A stretch of DNA of 64,000 bases from an uncultured Desulfobacter sp. Lineage in GTDB: Bacteria > Desulfobacterota > Desulfobacteria > Desulfobacterales > Desulfobacteraceae. The notes beneath the pieces were generated by a model, which was not told the DNA's origin, ran no database searches, and saw nothing but the letters and a program-made list of their open reading frames with translations. The stretch lies in assembly GCA_963666675.1 (NCBI GenBank), contig OY762929.1:2300544-2364543 (forward strand). Direction: 5' to 3'. This document shows positions 38,747 through 48,128 of this stretch, piece by piece. Position numbers and translations under genes: made by a program. The stretch's first letter is position 1. Every line of letters begins with the position of its first letter.

Positions 38747-39183
38747 GGAACACCAGCCAGTAAATATTTACCAAGGCTGATCACTGCCGGGTCTGCACGA
38801 CCTTTAAAACACATACGCATCTTAAAACCGGCCTGATTCTCCATTTCTATTATACAGTTGGTATCTTCCGGCGCTGGAGTGATCTCTATAAACAGGGGGG
38901 AGTCATCGTCTTCTTCAGGAGAATCGACTGTAGTACAATGAATGGCATTATAAATTTTTTGTTTTAATGTGGTATGATTAAGCCGTAAACTGTGGGCAAT
39001 CTTATTTATGCTCAGCCCTTGAGCATGGTGAAGGTCTGCTGCCGCCTGCCATAAATTATCCGGTATTCTTGACCTTCCGGTTCTGTTATTTCGCCAGTCT
39101 GCAAAAAGCTGCTGGACTTTTTCTAATGCGATTGATTGTTCTGCTGTCAATAATTGTTTATTCATCGGTCCCTCCATTAGCAA
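38743..39183 (-). CDS. IS66 Orf1 (TnpA), copy 2
   Basis: Identical to the 31137..31577 product. Confidence 0.7.
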   Translation of the reverse strand: MLMEGPMNKQLLTAEQSIALEKVQQLFADWRNNRTGRSRIPDNLWQAAADLHHAQGLSINKIAHSLRLNHTTLKQKIYNAIHCTTVDSPEEDDDSPLFIEITPAPEDTNCIIEMENQAGFKMRMCFKGRADPAVISLGKYLLAGVP

Positions 39184-39250
39184 TGTTCAAGTTGGAACCG
39201 ATAATATCACCCGGTACTGGGTATTTCACGCAGGCTTACCGGAAGGACAC

Positions 39251-40324
39251 GAAGGAAAAGTGTTCTCCGCCCCCGGTCCATGGCTGAAACCCGGGGTCGA
39301 AAATTTCACAGAATCCAAATGGTCCATAGTCGAGGGTAAAGCCGCCGGCAGCGCAGTTGTCACTATTAAAATTACCCTGGCAGTACCCAATACGCTGCCA
39401 ATTGGCCACTAATGACGTTAGCCGCCTGCGAAAAACCTTTGCCAACTCAACCACTTGATCCGTAAAAAAAAGGTCTTGATTGATATCGTTTTGGTATTCC
39501 CGGTCAATTAAATGCGATACAATCATGCGCAACTCTTCCAAGGCGCCTGGATGGGCATTGCCGCGAACCCGGCGGGCAAATAACTCTAACTGGCCAACGC
39601 GCAAAAAAGAGGGTGCAACGCGGGTTGAAATAGCCACAGGATTATCCATCATAATGTCAGGATCGGTGGAATGGGAGTCTTGGGCGTACCAGGGCCGGGC
39701 AACGCGCTCAGATTTTGATACATACAGGGTTAAAGATCGTGTTGTGGGAACCCCCAGGGCGTGCATATACTCTTGGGCGAGGAACTCACGCACACTTGAA
39801 CGAAGTACTGCACGCCCGTCGGCGCCACGGCAATAAGGCGTTGGACCACCGCCCTTTAGCTGCATTTCCCAACGCTGTCCTTTGAATACCCCTTCAAATA
39901 CTGATATCGCCCGACCATCGCCATAACCATTACCGGTTCCAAATGGACATTGTTGGGTATATTCGGTGCCGTAGATTGACAGGGCATAGCCAACGGACCA
40001 GCCAATTTTACGCATAGGCTTTTGCGCGGCTGAAATATCACCGGAAAATACCCGGCAAAATTTCGGATCATTTACCAACGCGTCGTTCAACCCAAGTTCA
40101 TTAAAAAAAGTCCTGCTATGGATTACATATTCCGGGTCCGGAAGCGGCGTGGGCCTGACCGGTACGAAGTGACCGGAAAATACCTGGCGGGCACGGTGGT
40201 CATCCCCATCTCCTGTGGCATCAGGATCGGCCTTTAAGGTGTCCATCAAAGAATAATCGGCTAATCTCACAAACTCGTCGAAAGTCGATATGCGCTCCTG
40301 AGCAGATGGCTTAGATAATGTCAT
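39251..40324 (-). pseudogene. selO: selO N-terminal fragment (kinase-fold adenylyltransferase domain)
   Basis: 358 aa ...[43 protein letters not shown]...[12 protein letters not shown] match conserved SelO/YdiU motifs. The last 4 codons of the ORF are IS-derived. Confidence 0.6.
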
Positions 40325-40352
40325 TGTTGCAAATACCTCATAACGGCTATCA

Positions 40353-41411
40353 TTAACTTACATGTACAAACGGATAATCGGTATACCCTTTATCTGCACC
40401 GGTGTAGAATGTCGATGTATCCGGTACATTAAGCGGTTCACCTGTTTTAAATCGATAAGGCAGGTCAGGATTGGCAATAAACAGCTGACCAAAGGCTACG
40501 GCATCTGCTTTTTCTTTTACAATAACATCCTCAGCAGTTTCTTTTGTAAACCCTTCATTGGCGATGTAAACACCGCCGAAGGATTTCTTTAATACGGGTG
40601 CAAACCAGTCATCACGCATCGCTTCCCGCGCGCAGATAAAAGCGATATTCCGTTTTTTCAGCTGTTCGGCAACATATGTAAACGTAGCAAGCAGGTTGGA
40701 ATCTCCCATATCATGGGCATCTGCCCGGGGAGCTAAATGCATGCCAACACGATCAGCACCCCAAACCGAGATAACGGCATCGGTTACTTCAAGCATAAAC
40801 CTGGCACGGTTTTCCAGGCTTCCACCATATTCATCGGTTCTCTTGTTGGTACTATCCTGCAAGAATTGATCGAGCAGATAACCGTTGGCTCCGTGTATCT
40901 CAACTCCGTCGAATCCAGCCTTTTTAGCATTTTCAGCGCCGATCCGGAACGCTTCAACAATACTGCATATTTCATCTGTTTGCAGGGCCCGTGGCGTAAC
41001 ATAAGGTTTTTCCGGACGAACCAAGCTGACATGTCCTTCGGGTCGAACCGCGCTTGGGGCAACAGGAATTTCACCATCGAGGAACATGGGGTCGGAAATC
41101 CGTCCCACATGCCACAATTGCAAAAATATACGGCCCTTGGCTTTGTGGACTCCGTTGGTAATTTTCTTCCAGCCCTCTACCTGCTTCTCGGACCAGATTC
41201 CAGGTGTATCAGCATAGCCGACACCCATTGGCATCACAGCAGTTGCCTCGCTTATGATTAGGCCGGCGCTACTTCGCTGGGTATAATATTCTACCATTAA
41301 ATCATTTGGTGTACGTTCCGAGCCTGCACGACTGCGTGTCAACGGGGACATGATAATACGATTGGGCAGCTCTAAGGCACCAATGGTTAAAGGACTGAAC
41401 AAACTATTCAT
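40353..41411 (-). CDS. Old Yellow Enzyme family NADH:flavin oxidoreductase / alkene reductase (NemA-like)
   Basis: 352 aa. OYE signature region [22 protein letters not shown]...QLWHVGR...HGANGYLL. Confidence 0.75.
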   Translation of the reverse strand: MNSLFSPLTIGALELPNRIIMSPLTRSRAGSERTPNDLMVEYYTQRSSAGLIISEATAVMPMGVGYADTPGIWSEKQVEGWKKITNGVHKAKGRIFLQLWHVGRISDPMFLDGEIPVAPSAVRPEGHVSLVRPEKPYVTPRALQTDEICSIVEAFRIGAENAKKAGFDGVEIHGANGYLLDQFLQDSTNKRTDEYGGSLENRARFMLEVTDAVISVWGADRVGMHLAPRADAHDMGDSNLLATFTYVAEQLKKRNIAFICAREAMRDDWFAPVLKKSFGGVYIANEGFTKETAEDVIVKEKADAVAFGQLFIANPDLPYRFKTGEPLNVPDTSTFYTGADKGYTDYPFVHVS

Positions 41412-41642
41412 ATTTCATCTCCTAATCATATATCGAAATAGTTCATATCAAAAAGTAACGAACTATCGAGGTTTGTCAATGTTGCACATACCTGCTAAAA
41501 TTTTATCTTCGGCGTTATTAAGATTTTGTGGTAGATTACGACAGCTTCAGCCCTGATGCCTTGCATCCGACATCCCTATGACGTCTTAATCATAAATTTC
41601 AAGGATGGTTTCCGCCGGTTTAAAAGGAATTAAACAAGACAG

Positions 41643-43523
41643 ATGAATATTGAATTACAGGAAATACGCAGCTTTCTGGCAAACATTCATCCATTTGACC
41701 TATTGCCGGAAAAAACGTTGTCCGACTTGCCGGAAAAGCTACAGACACGTTATTTTCGAAGAGGTTCCGAAATACCCGATACCGGAACCCTGTTTGATCA
41801 CCTTTACCTGATCCGTACCGGAACGGTGGAACTTAATACTTCAGACGGTGAGCTACAGGCCCGCCTCGGTGAAAATGATATGTTTGGATATCGTTCATCC
41901 CACGTCGGTGGCCGGGACAAACTCAAAGCATTTGCCATGGAGGACACCCTGGTATATCAGCTCCGCGCTGCTGATCTATACAGGATTTGCCATGAAAATG
42001 TCCAGCGCCACAGGTTCTTCGATACCTCCGATGACGTGCAAAGTAGACGGCAGCGTGAAACCACAAGCCTGTTCAGTCAAAGTGATCGGACCCAGCTCAA
42101 TTTGATGCTTACACCGGTCAGGGAACTGTTGCGCCGCACCCCGGTCAAATTACCGGTTACTGCCACTATAGATGAGACTGTCAAGGTAATGCGCCAAAAG
42201 CGTGTCTCTTCAGTCCTGATATACCACGAACCAGAACGCCGCCAAAAAAAACTGGTCGGGATTGTTACCGACCGTGACCTGCGCAACCGGGTTATTGCCA
42301 AGGACCTGGATCTTGACGACAGAGTAAGTGAAATCATGACCGAGAACCCGGTTACGATTAACAGCAGCGATTTTGTTTTTAAAGCCCAGCTTCAAATGGT
42401 CCGCTACAACGTCCATCATATGCCGGTAATGGCCGACAACCGCCCGGCGGGCATGATTACCACCACGGATCTCACCAGAGCGCACACCTGCCCTACGGTC
42501 TCTATTATTGGTGATATCTACAAACACACTGATATTGATAGAATAAAGGAGGTAACGGCAAAGATTCCCGAGCTGCTGGTCAATTTGATTGCCTCCGGAG
42601 CAGCAGCCATGAGCATAGGGCGCCTGATTACGTCTATCACAGATGCAGTCACTATCCGCCTGCTTGAGTTGGCAGAAAAAAGGCTGGGGCCTGCTCCCGT
42701 GGCCTACGCCTGGGTTGCCGCAGGTTCCCAGGCCCGGGAGGAACAGATAGCCAAGACGGATCAGGATAATATCCTGATCCTGGCGGATGATTACATTCCA
42801 AAAGCGCATAGCAAATACTTCAGTCTGCTGGCCGGACATGTCTGTGATGGACTCAACGCCTGTGGCTACATTTACTGTCCCGGCGACATGATGGCAACCA
42901 ACTATGATTGGCGCCAGCCCCTGAAAATCTGGAAAAAAAATTTCAATCAGTGGATTGACCGGCCTGAGCCCGAAGCCCTGATGCTGACCAGTGTGTTTTT
43001 TGATTTACGTTGCATATACGGCAACCGCAGCCTGTTTCAAGACCTGCGTGATCATGTATTAGGTAAGACCCGCGACAATCAAATATTCCTGGCCCATATG
43101 ACAATGAACGCGCTTTCTCACCAACCACCGCTGGGCTTTTTCCGTAATTTTATATTAATCAAAGGCGGAGAACACGACCAAACATTTGATATCAAGCTCA
43201 ACGGCATTATCCCCATTGTGGACCTTGTCCGCGTCTACGCCCTTGCCCGGTGCAGCACCGCAACTAATACCCTGGATCGCCTTGATCTGATGAAAAGCAG
43301 CAATGCGATCTCTACCGAGACTGCCGGGGATCTGCACGATGCGCTTGAGTTTATCAGCAATCTGCGCATTCAGCACCAGGCAGGGCAGGTCAGGGCCGGC
43401 AAGAAAATGGACAACTTTGTGTCACCGGACACCCTTTCTCACGCTGATCGCAACCGCCTTAAAGAAGCATTCCTGGTGATTCGTAACATGCAGTCAGTGA
43501 TGAAGTATCGATACCAGCGGTAG
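41643..43523 (+). CDS. cNMP-binding + tandem CBS + DUF294 putative nucleotidyltransferase signalling protein
   Basis: 626 aa. N-terminal cNMP-binding-like region, two CBS motifs (VSSVLIYHE.../HHMPVMADN...), C-terminal DUF294/DUF294_C architecture. Confidence 0.6.
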   Translation: MNIELQEIRSFLANIHPFDLLPEKTLSDLPEKLQTRYFRRGSEIPDTGTLFDHLYLIRTGTVELNTSDGELQARLGENDMFGYRSSHVGGRDKLKAFAMEDTLVYQLRAADLYRICHENVQRHRFFDTSDDVQSRRQRETTSLFSQSDRTQLNLMLTPVRELLRRTPVKLPVTATIDETVKVMRQKRVSSVLIYHEPERRQKKLVGIVTDRDLRNRVIAKDLDLDDRVSEIMTENPVTINSSDFVFKAQLQMVRYNVHHMPVMADNRPAGMITTTDLTRAHTCPTVSIIGDIYKHTDIDRIKEVTAKIPELLVNLIASGAAAMSIGRLITSITDAVTIRLLELAEKRLGPAPVAYAWVAAGSQAREEQIAKTDQDNILILADDYIPKAHSKYFSLLAGHVCDGLNACGYIYCPGDMMATNYDWRQPLKIWKKNFNQWIDRPEPEALMLTSVFFDLRCIYGNRSLFQDLRDHVLGKTRDNQIFLAHMTMNALSHQPPLGFFRNFILIKGGEHDQTFDIKLNGIIPIVDLVRVYALARCSTATNTLDRLDLMKSSNAISTETAGDLHDALEFISNLRIQHQAGQVRAGKKMDNFVSPDTLSHADRNRLKEAFLVIRNMQSVMKYRYQR

Positions 43524-44562
43524 ACCAGGAATTATGTCAATCTGACACTATCTGTTCAGCCTTGACAATTGTCCAGATCACCTTGCCTTGGAATTAATGC
43601 TACTCGGCATTACCTGTCTTCCCTTTTGCCGTCTGTATATTGGGAAACCGGCCCTGTTCCGCCCACAGCATGGTGTAATGGAGGGCGACAAATTTTTTTT
43701 CCGGGGCAGGTTCAGCCAGATCTGAAACAGCTCAAGTGGGTTGGGTTTGTCCTTCTGCATGTTTTTGCTCTGCATTAATATTCGAATCACTTTCTGAGTG
43801 CTCCTACATATACTCTGTTACTATTACCGGTTCCATCATGGCTACGGCGGTGATCAGGAAAGAGTCCATGAAGATATCAAAAACATTTCCTGGCAGGCCT
43901 TGTTTTTTAATATCGAAATAGATTAGCGGGCTTCCTTTTTTTAATATTTTAGGGGTTCTCACAACGGTTCAGTGGTTTCATCTTTTAAGAATACGGAAAG
44001 CAGAAACGAATGGCCTTGTAGGCTGGTAATGAATGTGAATCTTAATTTTGAGTTTTGGATTCGGTTTCCGGGCTCCATCCAATATGTTACAAAATGATTA
44101 AAAGTAAGCTACCCAAACCATCTTACTTGACAAAAATTAAAATTTATTGATACGCCCTTTTTAGAGTGCTCCAAAAGTATATATTGATCTTTTCCAATCT
44201 GTTGCGCCGCCTCTGCAGCTGAGCCAGAACTCCAATTACCAAAGCCGCTTGCCCTAAATGAAGCATTTTGACGTTTCCACAGAGAAGGCAATGGCTTTAA
44301 AGTTTTTAAAATAGAATCCTTTGCTACTGTTATACGTAGCTGATATTGGAATGATGGTTTAATACTTTGAAACTGCCATATTTTGTTCAAATTTCGCAAT
44401 ATTGTTAATATTAGCCCTATGTTTGATAAATTAACTTCAGCCTGCCCATTCCCGACGAGTTGTATTCATGGCCACGGACTGCCAAAGCATTCCGCTGAAA
44501 CACTCGATCGGTTTTATAGATTCGGCACATTAAACAGCTTAAAAAAATCAAAGGAAAAGTAA

Positions 44563-45110
44563 ATGAAAAAGGGAAAAGTCTTATCGTGTATTTTTATTAT
44601 TATTTTTTCTGTTTGCATAAAAATAAATCCTATCTTAGCATCGGATTCTCCAATTTTTGAGGATAATTTCGACGTTACAAACAATTGGTCTGCAGATAAT
44701 GGAGTATGGGAAGTTGGTATACCGACCAGCGGACCGGGAAGCGCCAATAGCAGCACAAATTGTGCTGGGACAATTTTAAATGGTAATTATCCTGATAATA
44801 CGGACAGCCGTCTTATTGGACCCTTTCGTTCCCCTTGGGATCAAGGTATTGAGCTTCCCGAGGTGACTGGAGATGAAGAGATCCGCCTGCGTTTTTGGCA
44901 CTGGTTTTCCTATTCCAACTATAATTACCCCAACCATTATGACCGGTATGACAAAGGACATGTCCAAGTCGATGTTTTTGACGAAGATACAGGCAGTTGG
45001 CCGGGAAACTGGCAGACTTTGGGCAGTGTTCAGGCGTATTCACCTGTATGGTCTTTGATGAGTGTGGATCTCACCGCTTTTGCCGGTCAGAAAATCAGGA
45101 TTGCATTCTA
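44563..45110 (+). pseudogene. 5' fragment (signal peptide + first ~175-aa beta-sandwich repeat) of secreted repeat protein, truncated by transposon insertion
   Basis: MKKGKVLSCIFIIIFSVCIKINPILA signal. Repeat sequence identical to units in 48103..50160. Diverges from the repeat consensus after ...QKIRIAFY at about 45109. Confidence 0.6.
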
Positions 45111-45355
45111 TTGTTAATTCTTTCCCTACAGTACCTCTATATCATCTAAAAATCCCACCTATCGTTACATTTTCTGAGAAAATAATGAGCTTGTTAAATA
45201 AGATTTTTTAAAAAAGAAAAGGCACATCGGTAGACAGCAGGAACCGCCCGATGCCTTGGCATCCTCCTCCCCCCCTTTGGGGGGGATAAGAGGGGGGGAT
45301 TGTGGTATAGATTAAGTTCGCCAAAACCATCACCACCACAACCCCGACCCTGCTT

Positions 45356-45853
45356 ATGAAAGAAAGCATAATAAGAAATCAGTCATCTGCCAAGGAAAAA
45401 CAACAGGTTCGTTGCTGCCATTGTTCGAGTTCTTTGACCATCCGTAACGGAACCTATCCGCGAAATCATCCCCAAGACGACACAGAAATAAGGGTTCAGC
45501 GCTATTTGTGCAAATCGCCCCTGTGTCCATGGAAAAGTTTTTCTGTTCTTCCTGAATCCATCATGCCGGTCGTCCGTCACACCCTTGAGGCGATATGCTG
45601 CTGCGCAGCCATGGTCAGTGCCGGAATGAACCAGGCACAGACGGCAAGATTCTTTGGGTGCACCCGGGGTGTTGCTAAACGGCTCAGGATCTTTTCTCAA
45701 AAATTCATGCCCTGGTTTTCCCGGGAAAAGACTGTTGCCGAATGGGGGCCGGATCCGCCCTCCTTCTGGCCGGACTTTACCAGGGATGTTTCCCAGAGTT
45801 TTTTCCCTGGAAGATGGGTTAAATTACCATCAACACAAAACATACATTGTTAA
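45356..45853 (+). CDS. Cys-rich zinc-ribbon protein (transposon accessory)
   Basis: 165 aa with CCHCSSS...CKSPLCPW cysteine clusters. Confidence 0.35.
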   Translation: MKESIIRNQSSAKEKQQVRCCHCSSSLTIRNGTYPRNHPQDDTEIRVQRYLCKSPLCPWKSFSVLPESIMPVVRHTLEAICCCAAMVSAGMNQAQTARFFGCTRGVAKRLRIFSQKFMPWFSREKTVAEWGPDPPSFWPDFTRDVSQSFFPGRWVKLPSTQNIHC

Positions 45854-45911
45854 ATTACAGTCGGTTATGTTGATATGCCACCAATTCCAACTATCAATTA
45901 AGGAGGTGGTC

Positions 45912-47117
45912 ATGCCAATACCTGACCCAGCCGATCTCGCTGTCTGGCGATACGGCATTATCAGCAGTCTTCTTCATCGAAATGAAGAGGTAGAGACCAT
46001 GGAGGAGGCACTGATCAGAATTGCCGGAGTTCAGTATCGCCGGCCTGACGGTCAATTTGTGTCCTTTTCTCCGGAAACCTTAAGAAAATGGTTTTATCGT
46101 TATCGGAACGGCGGCCTGCCGGCGTTAAACGATGCCCAAAGAAAAAACACCGGCACCCACCATGCCGTACCCAGGGCGATCTCGGACCGATTGTTTCAAC
46201 TGCGGCAGGAACATCCCAGATGGACTTTTGCCCGTTTGATCGAACAGCTGGTTCAGGATAAAGTCTGGGATATGCAGTCTCCGGCCCGTTCCACGCTTTA
46301 TCGCTTTGCCCGGACATGCAACCTTCAACGAGATCCCCATTTGACGGTGCATGATCCGGCTCGACCCTTTCAATATCAGTTCTTTGGTCAAATGTGGACT
46401 GCAGACTTTCTTCACGGCCCAAAGATCAGAGTGAACAGCCAAAAACGCAAAACCTATCTGCATGCCATTATTGACGATGCCACAAGATATGTGGTTCATG
46501 CCGGTTTTTTTACCAGTGAGGGCACCGAGGTAATGATGATGGCACTGATGGCCACCGTTCGAACCCATGGCAAGCCGCGTCGGTTCTATACGGACAACGG
46601 GGCCTGTTACGCAAGCAAGCATCTTAAATTTGTTTGTGCCAACCTGGGTATCCATCTGATCCATACGCCGCCGGGCCAACCCAGGGGAAGGGGTAAAGTG
46701 GAACGATTCTTCCGGACCGTCCGGGATCAGTTCCTTGAGGGCAAAAATGCCCCGGCCCATACTCTGGACGGGTTGAACAAGGCCTTTTCACAATGGCTGT
46801 CGACTTATCATCGGCGTATTCACAGCAGCCTGGGCATGACCCCTTTGCAGAAACGGCTTGGGCATCAAAGTGCCTGCATCCCTCTACCGGAAACGATTGA
46901 TATCGAGCCTTTATTTAGAATGAAGCGCCGGTGCAAAGTTTACCTGAATAATACCGTCAGGCTTAAAAAGCGGTCCTATGAGGTGGCAGACGCCTTACCC
47001 GGCCAGCGCCTCGACATCTGGTTTATGCCATGGAACCTTGACCGAATCTGGTACGGACCGGAAATGAAACCGGCCAAACCAATTGATCCCATCCAAAACG
47101 CATATAGAGGGAGGTAA
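45912..47117 (+). CDS. DDE (rve/Mu-like) transposase, IS21 IstA / TniA-like (start at MPIPDPADL after RBS aaggagg)
   Basis: N-terminal HTH, central integrase-core region (...WTADF...IDDATRY...YTDNG...), C-terminal Mu-transposase-C-like segment (RSYEVADALPGQRLDIWF...RIWY). Confidence 0.6.
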   Translation: MPIPDPADLAVWRYGIISSLLHRNEEVETMEEALIRIAGVQYRRPDGQFVSFSPETLRKWFYRYRNGGLPALNDAQRKNTGTHHAVPRAISDRLFQLRQEHPRWTFARLIEQLVQDKVWDMQSPARSTLYRFARTCNLQRDPHLTVHDPARPFQYQFFGQMWTADFLHGPKIRVNSQKRKTYLHAIIDDATRYVVHAGFFTSEGTEVMMMALMATVRTHGKPRRFYTDNGACYASKHLKFVCANLGIHLIHTPPGQPRGRGKVERFFRTVRDQFLEGKNAPAHTLDGLNKAFSQWLSTYHRRIHSSLGMTPLQKRLGHQSACIPLPETIDIEPLFRMKRRCKVYLNNTVRLKKRSYEVADALPGQRLDIWFMPWNLDRIWYGPEMKPAKPIDPIQNAYRGR

Positions 47118-47119
47118 TC

Positions 47120-47956
47120 ATGCAAGACACCCATACCATAGAACAGGCGCCCATGGCCGATTTTTTTGGCTGGAAGTACCATCCCTTTGCCGACACCTAT
47201 GAACAGCGCAAACTCTGGCTACCCAAAGAGGACCTGCGCAAACTCGATACCATAAAACGTTTGCTGCACCATGGCAAAAGCACCGCACTGTGCGGCCCTT
47301 CAGGGACCGGAAAAACCACCTTGATTCATGCATTGGTATCGGATCTGGATCGAAATGCATACCTCCCGGTTATGCTGCCCTATGCCGGTCATCCAAGAAA
47401 CGGACTGACACGCATTCTTGCCCAGACCCTCGGGGGGGATATCAAAAGCCGGGGAATGCCTTTGATTACAAGGGTTCAGCAGCATATTGAATCCTTATCC
47501 AACCAGGCCAACTCACGTCATCCGGTGCTGATCGTCGATGATGCCCAGCGCATCGAATCCGACTCCCTCTGGGATCTTTGCTCTCTTCTGGTCCAAACCT
47601 CTAAACAGAGAAGCGCAGCCTCCCTTATCCTTGTCGGGGACGACTCTCTGTTCAGGCAACTTCGACTTTATGCAATGGCACCGATACGATCCCGGCTCAC
47701 CGGCATTATGAAAATTAATGCCATGAACGAGTATGAAACCCAGCATTTTATCGAAATCCGTCTTAAAAATGCACAAGCTCCATCGGACCTGTTTACCAAA
47801 GAAGCAATGGATTTGATCGCAAGTTCCACCCGGGGAAACAGACGGGGCGTAATGAATATGGCGACGATCTGTCTTGAGGAGGCCTATTATCACAATGAAA
47901 AAAATGTGACCGCCGAGCTCATTTACAACTCGGAATGGTTCAACGAATCTGAGTGA
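47120..47956 (+). CDS. AAA+ ATPase partner of transposase (TniB/IstB/ExeA-like)
   Basis: 278 aa. Walker A GPSGTGKTT, Walker B ILIVDDAQ. Immediately downstream of the transposase. Confidence 0.6.
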   Translation: MQDTHTIEQAPMADFFGWKYHPFADTYEQRKLWLPKEDLRKLDTIKRLLHHGKSTALCGPSGTGKTTLIHALVSDLDRNAYLPVMLPYAGHPRNGLTRILAQTLGGDIKSRGMPLITRVQQHIESLSNQANSRHPVLIVDDAQRIESDSLWDLCSLLVQTSKQRSAASLILVGDDSLFRQLRLYAMAPIRSRLTGIMKINAMNEYETQHFIEIRLKNAQAPSDLFTKEAMDLIASSTRGNRRGVMNMATICLEEAYYHNEKNVTAELIYNSEWFNESE

Positions 47957-48027
47957 AACGGAAGCGCTTGAGAGGGGACTCCGGCGCCAGGGATAACTCA
48001 GTGCGGTAGACTGCTGTCTACATGATT

Positions 48028-48060
48028 AAAGCCGGGAGGGCAAAAGCTCTCCCGGCTTTT
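48028..48060 (+). terminator. Rho-independent terminator after transposon ATPase gene
   Basis: gccgggagggcaaaagctctcccggc hairpin followed by ttttctg. Confidence 0.45.
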
Positions 48061-48128
48061 CTGTAATCAATTGCCAGCCGGGTAATCAAACCTGAGATTT
48101 TTATGGGATTAGCTCGTCGGAATCTACA

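Larger units (their letters stand above)
36653..39250 (-). mobile_element. IS66-family insertion sequence, copy 2 (2598 bp), flanked by an identical 41-bp direct duplication of selO sequence
   Basis: Same ends as copy 1. The 41-mer gaaggaaaagtgttctccgcccccggtccatggctgaaacc occurs at 36612..36652 and 39251..39291. Confidence 0.85.
45111..48128 (+). mobile_element. ~3-kb transposon/IS inserted in repeat-protein gene: zinc-ribbon protein + Mu/IS21/TniA-like DDE transposase + AAA+ (TniB/IstB-like) ATPase; boundaries approximate
   Basis: Both flanks are halves of the same repeat-protein reading frame. Possible short TSD (ctat). Internal G8/C8 hairpin cctcccccccctttgggggggg at about 45273..45300. 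Confidence 0.5.

Noticed and set aside
39251-39291. Alternative reading that IS66 copy 2 has an 8-bp TSD (ctgaaacc) and carries 33 bp of extra passenger DNA
   Set aside because: The 33 bp are selO coding sequence identical to the left flank, so a 41-bp duplication of target is the simpler description.
45273-45300. C8/G8 hairpin and other G-runs as possible CRISPR or G-quadruplex features
   Set aside because: Single inverted repeat, no array of spaced direct repeats anywhere in the window. No CRISPR.
46015-46760. 135- and 211-aa minus-strand ORFs inside the transposase gene
   Set aside because: Antisense to a DDE transposase with recognisable domains.
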